DNA of 5,410 bases, taken from positions 1 through 5,410 of IMG/VR virus record IMGVR_UViG_3300029535_000079; one strand, 5' to 3'. A program made the translations under genes and the position numbers. Shown in pieces: positions 1 to 4,390 of this stretch. The notes beneath the pieces were generated by a model, which was given only the letters and a program-made list of their open reading frames with translations, did no database searches and was not told the DNA's origin. The stretch's first letter is position 1; each line of letters begins with the position of its first letter. The stretch is from a virus.

Positions 1-79
1 CCTGTTTATTCTGCTTCTGCCTTTGATACTACCGCTTCTTTCGCTTTTTCTCTCCTTGTTCCTGCTTCTCTTTTGCCTG
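1..79. repeat. Terminal direct repeat, identical to 5332..5410. Interpreted as a circular-assembly overlap, giving a genome unit of 5331 nt.
   Basis: Base-by-base comparison shows 1..79 equals 5332..5410 (cctgtttattctgcttctgcc...cttttgcctg). One open reading frame runs through the junction without a stop. Confidence 0.9.
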
Positions 80-357
80 ACGTTAAGCTTGGTGCCTGGC
101 TTTCCGACTCCCCTGAGGATTTGCAGAAAGTTATTACTGATGAATTTGACATAGATTCTGATACCCTGAAAGAGTCTAAGGATATGTTGAATTCGTTGAA
201 TAATTCTTCTTCCGTCGATTCTTCTATTGCTGCGGGCGCTTCTGCTCTTCTTCGCGGTCTTTTTCAGAATTTAGGCACGTTTCTTTTTTCTGTTTCTCTT
301 CTTTGCTTCGGTGCTGTTTTTCTCCGAATTCTCATTAGAAAGGCGGTAGACGGATGA
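1..357 (+). CDS. pIII-like protein, C-terminal part (continuation of 4513..5410; bases 1..79 duplicate 5332..5410).
   Basis: It is in frame with 4513..5410 across the junction and ends at TGA 355..357. The C-terminus LFQNLGTFLFSVSLLCFGAVFLRILIRKAVDG is a hydrophobic anchor followed by basic residues. This is the same layout as the Ff pIII C-terminal anchor. The TTG start at 73 in the ORF track is an artefact of the window edge. Confidence 0.7.
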   Translation, partial: PVYSASAFDTTASFAFSLLVPASLLPDVKLGAWLSDSPEDLQKVITDEFDIDSDTLKESKDMLNSLNNSSSVDSSIAAGASALLRGLFQNLGTFLFSVSLLCFGAVFLRILIRKAVDG

Positions 358-485
358 GCTTTATTGACTTTTTTAAGTCCGTTTTTGGGCTTTTTGGTTC
401 CGGTGGCAAACTCGTTATCACTGTTGTCGTTTTGTTTGTAACTCTCGGTATATACAAATTTGTAAAGGATTTGTTGCCATGGTAG
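354..485 (+). CDS. Small hydrophobic protein, 43 aa (MSFIDFFKSVFGLFGSGGKLVITVVVLFVTLGIYKFVKDLLPW). Candidate virion or assembly membrane protein.
   Basis: The ATG overlaps the pIII-like stop (ATGA at 354..357). AAAGG at 339..343 lies 10 nt upstream. It has a single predicted TM segment with Lys residues after it. It is too short to appear in the ORF track. Confidence 0.55.
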   Translation: MSFIDFFKSVFGLFGSGGKLVITVVVLFVTLGIYKFVKDLLPW

Positions 486-643
486 ACTTTGTTGCAACTC
501 TCGGTGTAGTTACTTCGTTTATCTATAAAGTTCTTAATATGCCGTTTTTTCACTTGGGTACTTATGGCGGCTTAGTCCTTATGCTCTTTTTGCTTACTCT
601 TGTTGGTTTCGTTCTCCGTAGTCTTTGGAATGGGGGTGAATAA
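479..643 (+). CDS. Small hydrophobic protein, 54 aa (MVDFVATLGVVTSFIYKVLNMPFFHLGTYGGLVLMLFLLTLVGFVLRSLWNGGE).
   Basis: The ATG at 479 overlaps the end of the preceding ORF by 7 nt. AAAGG at 464..468 lies 10 nt upstream. There are two hydrophobic segments. The stop TAA 641..643 overlaps the next ATG (TAATG). Confidence 0.55.
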   Translation: MVDFVATLGVVTSFIYKVLNMPFFHLGTYGGLVLMLFLLTLVGFVLRSLWNGGE

Positions 644-1257
644 TGATGGAAGTCCCTGCTATTATTAAAACTTGGGTTGATTCTGACGGCGTTACCGTCT
701 ACACAGTGCAGTATAAAGACGGTACTACTTGTGATATGACCGTCCAGCAGTATGACTATCTCAAGGCATCTGCGCATGCTGTCGCTGATATGGACGCTAA
801 AGCCGCTGCTGATTCTTTCTCGGAAGCATCTTCTGCTCCTGAGGACCCTGCGCAGAATATTACTGTATCTCCTGATCTCCGCGACGGTTATGTGCCGGAG
901 GAAGTTGAATTGCCTTTTGAGGGGAGTTTGACCGCTTATGATGACCGCGCAGCAGATTCTCCAGCTTTGTATGCTAATCTCCCTAACGTCTCTAATAGTT
1001 TCACTGCTATTATGGATTGGTTTGGAGATACGTTTTTTATCGAACGTACTGAGACGGTGCACAAGTCCGGTTATACGTCTGAAAGGTACTCCTATAATAG
1101 CTCGACTCAACTTATTCAGCTTCCTTATGAGGAAGATTCCACAACTACGTCTCAAGTTCTCAACCCGCAAGCTTGTGTTTCTGCTTTGCTTGTTGTCCTT
1201 GTTTTCGTCACTACTGTTACATGGATTAAAAACGCGATTTGGGGGCGTATGAGCTAA
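643..1257 (+). CDS. Acidic 204-aa protein with a single C-terminal TM anchor. Function unknown.
   Basis: ORF from the track. The TAATG start overlap is preceded by GGGGGTG. There is no N-terminal signal peptide. The body is rich in Asp/Glu and Ser/Thr. The C-terminus ACVSALLVVLVFVTTVTWIKNAIWGRMS is hydrophobic. The stop overlaps the next ATG (TAATG at 1255..1259). Confidence 0.65.
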   Translation: MMEVPAIIKTWVDSDGVTVYTVQYKDGTTCDMTVQQYDYLKASAHAVADMDAKAAADSFSEASSAPEDPAQNITVSPDLRDGYVPEEVELPFEGSLTAYDDRAADSPALYANLPNVSNSFTAIMDWFGDTFFIERTETVHKSGYTSERYSYNSSTQLIQLPYEEDSTTTSQVLNPQACVSALLVVLVFVTTVTWIKNAIWGRMS

Positions 1258-1370
1258 TGGAAATTTTACCTTTGCAGTATTGTTTCGGCATCTTTTCTGT
1301 CCCCGAAATTGGCTATTTCATTGTCTTCGCTGCTGTTTTCTCTATGTTGGTTCTCCTGCTCCGTCCGTGA
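1257..1370 (+). CDS. Small hydrophobic protein, 37 aa (MEILPLQYCFGIFSVPEIGYFIVFAAVFSMLVLLLRP), similar in size to pVII/pIX.
   Basis: It is coupled to the upstream ORF by a TAATG overlap and has one TM-length hydrophobic core. Size and position suggest a minor coat protein of a filamentous phage, but there is no sequence-level identification. Confidence 0.5.
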   Translation: MEILPLQYCFGIFSVPEIGYFIVFAAVFSMLVLLLRP

Positions 1371-1408
1371 CAGGTGCCATAAATATTTTTATGAAAGGAT
1401 GATGACTT

Positions 1409-1600
1409 CAGGGCGCTACTACTTCTATTCTCGCTACGCTGCTTTCCTTGGTCGGTGAGTTCTTCACGTCGATGATTACTTGGATGGGTCAGCTCATTGA
1501 TTTCTATGAGTCCCAGCCCATTCTCCTCGTTTTTGTGATTCTCACTATCGCGGGCATCGTTCTCCGTATTCTTCGCCGCTGGATTCCCGGTCGTAGTTAA
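1409..1600 (+). CDS. Coat-like protein. Proposed 63-aa product initiating at CAG 1409. The conservative alternatives are TTG 1448 (50 aa) or ATG 1472 (42 aa), all with the same stop.
   Basis: The frame is open from 1406 to TAA 1598..1600 and closed upstream by TGA TGA (1400..1405). The C-terminal part MITWMGQLIDFYESQPILLVFVILTIAGIVLRILRRWIPGRS has an acidic N-side, a TM core and an Arg-rich tail, like a major coat protein. A strong terminator follows. GAAAGGA at 1393..1399 places the expected start 10 nt after AAAGG, which is CAG 1409. ATG 1472 has no comparable SD. Confidence 0.55.
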   Translation, partial: QGATTSILATLLSLVGEFFTSMITWMGQLIDFYESQPILLVFVILTIAGIVLRILRRWIPGRS

Positions 1601-1610
1601 ACGCTGAGAG

Positions 1611-1656
1611 AAAACGCCGCCGACCATTTTTAATGGTCGGCGACGTTTTCTTGTTT
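1611..1656 (+). terminator. Rho-independent terminator or attenuator hairpin between the coat-like gene and the ATPase gene.
   Basis: AAAACGCCGCCGACCATT (1611..1628) pairs with AATGGTCGGCGACGTTTT (1632..1649). There is one C-A mismatch (1617/1643) and a TTT loop, followed by TTTTCTTGTTT. The flanking A and T tracts allow function in both orientations. Confidence 0.75.
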
Positions 1657-1673
1657 GAAAGGATTTATATGTT

Positions 1674-2288
1674 ATGTTTTATGGTATTCTTATCTTTTGT
1701 GTGTGCTTCCTTTTTGTTTATATTGACAACTATTGCAAAAACCCCTACAGATTGGAAGCAGTTGTCGGCTCTAAAGGTTCTGGAAAATCTCTGTATATGT
1801 CTCGTGTTGCTGATAAGTGGCTTCGTAATAATAAGGGTCTTATCTACTCTAATATGGGTATCGGTTATGAATTAGATGCTGAATATTGGAAACAGTCCTT
1901 TGTTCCTGATTCCCTCATTCTCATTGATGAAATTGGTGTGCTGCACTCTAACCGTGATTTTAAGACTATGCCCCGTGAAGCAGTTGAGTTTTTCAAAATG
2001 CAGCGCAAATATCATTTGACGATTATTGTATCGTCTCAGACCATGGACTTTGATAAAAAGATACGTGACCTTTGCGACCGCATTTACCTTTGCAACCGCA
2101 TTGGCTGGTTCTGCCGCCTTACTCCCTATCGCTCTTGTATCGCTATGGAACATCGCCCCGAGGGAGGGCAAGAATTGGTCAACACGGTGCGCAAGGCAGG
2201 GCGGGCAAGGTGGTATACCATCCCCAAGGCCGTGAAGCAGGTGAGTGCTTTAGAATACGATACAGAGCAGATTATTAGTAAGCGATAA
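1674..2288 (+). CDS. Zot / pI-like P-loop morphogenesis ATPase, minimal 204-aa form with an N-terminal hydrophobic segment.
   Basis: Walker A is GSKGSGKS (1767..1790). Walker B is LILIDE. The context (VVGSKGSGKSLY...LILIDEIG...TIIVSSQ) is typical of the Zot/pI family. AAAGG at 1658..1662 lies 11 nt before ATG 1674. An in-frame stop at 1656 excludes any longer N-terminus. Confidence 0.85.
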   Translation: MFYGILIFCVCFLFVYIDNYCKNPYRLEAVVGSKGSGKSLYMSRVADKWLRNNKGLIYSNMGIGYELDAEYWKQSFVPDSLILIDEIGVLHSNRDFKTMPREAVEFFKMQRKYHLTIIVSSQTMDFDKKIRDLCDRIYLCNRIGWFCRLTPYRSCIAMEHRPEGGQELVNTVRKAGRARWYTIPKAVKQVSALEYDTEQIISKR

Positions 2289-2320
2289 TCCTATCCGTTT
2301 TGTTGCGGCGATAGCCGCCG

Positions 2321-2371
2321 AAAAAAAAATCCTCCCCGTGCCTGTTATGGTCGGGGAGGTGTTTTTATTTT
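2321..2371. terminator. Bidirectional rho-independent terminator shared by the convergent genes 1674..2288 (+) and 2370..2606 (-).
   Basis: An A9 tract (2321..2329) precedes the stem CCTCCCCG (2331..2338) / CGGGGAGG (2352..2359), which is followed by TGTTTTTATTTT (2360..2371). A smaller hairpin GCGGC-GATA-GCCGC lies at 2305..2318. Confidence 0.8.
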
Positions 2372-2606
2372 AGAATCTTGTGAATGTTTCTCCATCTGTT
2401 GTTTGCGCGATGTTCTCCCAGAAGATTTTATCCAGATATCTTGTTGTATCAACGTAGTTAATGTCAATACGCTTGATGATATTGAATTCGTAAAACTCTT
2501 CTTTTTCGTTAATTGCTGTGTACGTGAATGCTTTGTATTGATAGTTTTTCGTGTAGACGACTCTTTCCTTGATGACCTTTTTGAGGAATTTTTTTTTGAC
2601 TTTCAT
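2370..2606 (-). CDS. Small basic 78-aa protein, divergent from rep. Candidate regulator or immunity factor, family not recognised.
   Basis: Strong SD AAGGAG (complement of 2615..2620) lies 8 nt before the ATG (complement of 2604..2606). It has its own near-consensus promoter and a terminator. No helix-turn-helix motif is obvious by eye. Confidence 0.7.
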   Translation of the reverse strand: MKVKKKFLKKVIKERVVYTKNYQYKAFTYTAINEKEEFYEFNIIKRIDINYVDTTRYLDKIFWENIAQTTDGETFTRF

Positions 2607-2635
2607 TGTTTTATCTCCTTTCTTTTTATGCTTCT

Positions 2636-2664
2636 ATTGTAGCATAGAAATTTCTATTTGTCAA
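2636..2664 (-). promoter_or_regulatory. Sigma70-type promoter for the 78-aa gene.
   Basis: Read on the - strand, the sequence is TTGACA (2659..2664), a 17-nt spacer, then TACAAT (2636..2641). The spacer contains the perfect palindrome ATAGAAATTTCTAT. Confidence 0.75.
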
Positions 2665-2677
2665 TAGGAAATTCTAT
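2644..2677. promoter_or_regulatory. Two operator-like sites: the perfect 14-bp palindrome ATAGAAATTTCTAT (2644..2657) and its imperfect copy ATAGGAAATTCTAT (2664..2677).
   Basis: Both are seen directly in the sequence. Site 1 sits in the spacer of the - strand promoter. Site 2 abuts its -35 element. The core GAAATTTC recurs at 2861..2868 next to the rep -35. Confidence 0.6.
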
Positions 2678-2738
2678 TTTCTTTTAAAAAAAACGCAGGC
2701 AGTTGCCACGTTTAGTCACGCGTTAGCGTCTCCACCGC

Positions 2739-2854
2739 GTCCCCCGTCCCCGCAAGGGCAAAGCCCTTGCCCTTCCAAAACAGGCTGGTAGGGGCTTCCG
2801 ATACGTAGAGACTGCCGTGACGGCAGGAACGTGGGTGTTCTGTAATACACCCAC
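2739..2854. other. GC-rich structured intergenic region. Candidate replication origin and/or packaging signal.
   Basis: There is a tandem GTCCCC(C) repeat at 2739..2751. Three perfect hairpins follow: GCAAGGGC-AAA-GCCCTTGC (2752..2770), CTGCCG-TGA-CGGCAG (2812..2826) and GTGGGTGT-TCTGTAAT-ACACCCAC (2831..2854). The region is non-coding, sits immediately upstream of rep, and is far more GC-rich than the rest of the genome. Confidence 0.5.
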
Positions 2855-2900
2855 GAAATTGAAATTTCCTCTTGACATTTCATTCATTCTATGGTAACAT
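2855..2900 (+). promoter_or_regulatory. Sigma70-type promoter for rep and the + strand operon, with an adjacent operator-like GAAATTGAAATTTC.
   Basis: TTGACA (2872..2877), a 17-nt spacer, then TAACAT (2895..2900). GAAATTTC at 2861..2868 matches the core of the palindromes at 2644..2677. Confidence 0.65.
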
Positions 2901-2932
2901 TTAGCCATGGAAATGAAAGGTGGTTTTTTTAC

Positions 2933-4069
2933 ATGAAAACGGTTGTTAAACTTGACTATGCTACATTTGCTTTTGAACAGGGTTCAATTTCTATTCCTGA
3001 AATTGAAGGTGCGCTTGCCCAGTGCGACTTGCATTTTGTGCAGGGTTCCAGCACAAGTGAGAATTCCCCTTACAATTCCCCTGCGGGACTTTTCTATAAG
3101 CCTAACAACGGCGCGAAACAGTGTCCGCACTCCTTGCAAGTGTCTGGTCATGGTTGTGAGCTTTTCCGTCCCACCTTGCCGCGACTCGCGGCACTTATGC
3201 AGGATGAACACGAATTCGGTCACTTTTCCCGTCTTGATTTTTGCTTTGATGTTGTTATGACGAAGCAACGGTGGCGCGAGTTCTATTTTGGTGTCATCTC
3301 TGCTTCTGTCGATGAGATGAATAATCCAGAAAAGGCTCGTAAGGTTCGCAAGTTTATGTATCAGGGCTACGGCGATTCTACTACCATTTATATTGGTCGT
3401 AGAAGTTCTTCTGCGGTCTTCTGCCGTATTTATAATAAGTCCTTGCAAGACCCTGAAAAAAAGCTCTGTGTGTCTTCTGGTGTGTTTCTGGATTGTCCCG
3501 ATGATTCCTATATCATTCGCTATGAGCTTGAGCTTAAATATACTTCTCGTGTTAATTCTTCCGGTCGTACTGTTTATGACCCTTCTCCCCTTTTTTGGTT
3601 TTATTACGAAGACCCAGACAAGCTTTATTCCTATCTTCGTAAAGTTTGGAATCGCTACGGGAACGATTTTCTTCTGCCCGATGGTTGGGAAGATATGGAA
3701 TTTTTGACTGATATTGAAGCTTGTAATATTCAGTTCGTTAAGGACTTATTGCATCCCATTAGTAATGATCTTGCTCAAAAGTTTTCCGTTTCTATTCATA
3801 CTGAGGAACAAAAATTGTCTTATGTCGCCAATACCTTTGGTCATCGTATTATTGATATTCTTCTTTATCGTCCTGATCTTGTTTTTTCCGTTTGTTGTAA
3901 GTGGGAGCGTTTTTACAATGAGAGTCTACCGTTTTCTCCCCTGGCATTTTCACTTGAAGTTTCACAATTCGCTGAGTCTTCGCGAATTGCCGCTGATGAA
4001 TTCCGTGAAGTTGCTGATTTCCCCTCTTCCTTTAGTGAAGATGGGTTTGAAGATATAACTTTATTCTGA
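2933..4069 (+). CDS. Rolling-circle replication initiator, Rep_trans-like (the family of RstA and pT181 RepC), 378 aa.
   Basis: Motifs recognised by eye are N-terminal VKLDYATFAF, then FSRLDFCFDV, CRIYNKS and IIRYELELKY. These fit the pattern of the replication initiation factor family (Pfam Rep_trans) as I recall it. I place the start at ATG 2933 because GAAAGGTGG (2915..2923) lies upstream. The track start at 2891 lies inside the promoter spacer. The gene ends in tandem stops TGA TGA (4067..4072). Confidence 0.75.
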   Translation: MKTVVKLDYATFAFEQGSISIPEIEGALAQCDLHFVQGSSTSENSPYNSPAGLFYKPNNGAKQCPHSLQVSGHGCELFRPTLPRLAALMQDEHEFGHFSRLDFCFDVVMTKQRWREFYFGVISASVDEMNNPEKARKVRKFMYQGYGDSTTIYIGRRSSSAVFCRIYNKSLQDPEKKLCVSSGVFLDCPDDSYIIRYELELKYTSRVNSSGRTVYDPSPLFWFYYEDPDKLYSYLRKVWNRYGNDFLLPDGWEDMEFLTDIEACNIQFVKDLLHPISNDLAQKFSVSIHTEEQKLSYVANTFGHRIIDILLYRPDLVFSVCCKWERFYNESLPFSPLAFSLEVSQFAESSRIAADEFREVADFPSSFSEDGFEDITLF

Positions 4070-4087
4070 TGAAAGGATGGTCGCTTT

Positions 4088-4330
4088 ATGAAGGTTACTG
4101 TAGTTGGTAAGTCCCGCCGCGCTGGTACATCAAAGCAGGGTAAAGACTATGATTTTACTACTCTCATGGCCGAATATTCGATGCGTTCAAACGATGACAA
4201 TGACGGCGTGCAGGTTGATAGAATCAATGTTGATTCTCGCATGATGCCCTATGCGCTCATTGTCGTTGGCGCTATGTATGACCTCGACTTTGACCGCAAC
4301 GGATATCTCCTTGGAATTGAGGAAGTCTAA
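4088..4330 (+). CDS. ssDNA-binding protein, gene V protein (g5p)-like, 80 aa.
   Basis: Size and position directly after rep fit g5p. The N-terminal MKVTVVGKSRRAGTSKQGKDYDF resembles Ff g5p IKVEIKPSQAQFTTRSGVSRQGKPYSL (shared S-[KR]-Q-G-K-x-Y), recalled from memory. AAAGG at 4072..4076 lies 11 nt before the ATG. Confidence 0.65.
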   Translation: MKVTVVGKSRRAGTSKQGKDYDFTTLMAEYSMRSNDDNDGVQVDRINVDSRMMPYALIVVGAMYDLDFDRNGYLLGIEEV

Positions 4331-4366
4331 CTTCCTTTGTTCAAACCCAAATTTCATTTCCTATGG

Positions 4367-4386
4367 GAGAGCGGTTTGCCGCTCTC
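4367..4386 (+). other. Perfect 8-bp hairpin GAGAGCGG-TTTG-CCGCTCTC, 4 nt upstream of the tRNA 5' end.
   Basis: The inverted repeat is seen directly. There is no trailing T-run, so it is not a classical terminator. It may be a processing or structural element. Confidence 0.5.
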
Positions 4387-4390
4387 ACAT

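Noticed and set aside
1-79. The terminal repeats could be LTR or ITR ends of a mobile element.
   Set aside because: They are direct, exact, and internal to a continuous coding frame. That is what a linearised circular assembly produces. There are no inverted ends or target-site duplications.
562-1170. A 202-aa ORF on the - strand.
   Set aside because: It is antisense to the well-supported coupled gene 643..1257. It has a TTG start and no SD. Its Arg-rich, low-complexity translation is typical of the complement of a T-rich coding strand.
1400-1405. In-frame TGA TGA between ATG 1391 (MKG) and the coat-like frame could indicate TGA recoding (genetic code 4 or 25) or read-through, giving MKG-x-x-LQGATT...
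   Set aside because: TGA is used as a genuine stop at tightly coupled junctions (ATGA at 354..357; TGA at 1368..1370; TGA TGA at the end of rep). No confidently called gene contains an internal TGA. The encoded tRNA has anticodon CUG, not UCA. ATG 1391 also lacks the standard SD spacing.
1399-1458. A 19-codon ORF (MMTSGRYYFYSRYAAFLGR) starts at the ATG ATG within the SD spacer.
   Set aside because: Its start codons lie 0 and 3 nt from the SD. Its codon choice (TAC, CGC, CGG) is atypical for this genome, and the peptide has no recognisable character. It could still act as a short leader ORF coupled to TTG 1448, which I list as an alternative start for the coat-like gene.
1313-1627. A 104-aa ORF on the - strand.
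   Set aside because: It is antisense to the 37-aa and coat-like genes, and its 5' end lies inside the terminator hairpin. It has no ribosome-binding site.
1666-1680. ATATGTTATGTTTTA weakly resembles the XerD arm of a dif site (a possible XerCD-dependent attP).
   Set aside because: Only a few bases match what I recall of dif, and there is no XerC arm or central region. The segment is the ATPase translation start region.
1633-1875. An 80-aa hydrophobic ORF on the + strand (or a 68-aa version from ATG 1669) overlaps the start of the ATPase gene.
   Set aside because: The track start lies inside the terminator stem. The frame uses many rare-looking codons (ATA, AGG, CTA), while the ATPase frame shows the genome's third-position T bias and contains the Walker motifs. 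Its hydrophobicity is explained by T-richness. Weak initiation at ATG 1669 cannot be excluded.
2026-2642. ORFs at 2026..2235 +, 2072..2278 +, 1872..2171 - and 2403..2642 +.
   Set aside because: They are nested in, or antisense to, the ATPase gene or the 78-aa gene, both of which have proper promoter, SD and terminator signals. The listed ORFs have none.
2723-2908. A 61-aa ORF on the - strand in the intergenic region.
   Set aside because: It runs through the GC-rich hairpin cluster and the rep promoter. Its composition (Arg, Gly, Pro) reflects the GC-rich repeats, and it has no SD.
2943-4058. Alternative-frame and antisense ORFs lie inside rep (2943..3260 +, 3393..3707 +, 3714..4058 +, 2984..3448 -).
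   Set aside because: All are nested within the motif-bearing Rep frame. Their Leu/Phe/Ile-rich translations are the expected by-product of a T-rich strand. None has the AAAGG motif at the proper distance.
4067-4090. Rep and SSB are in the same frame, separated only by TGA TGA plus five sense codons, which might allow a read-through fusion.
   Set aside because: A tandem double stop argues for efficient termination. The SSB gene has its own SD at standard spacing, and I see no read-through context.
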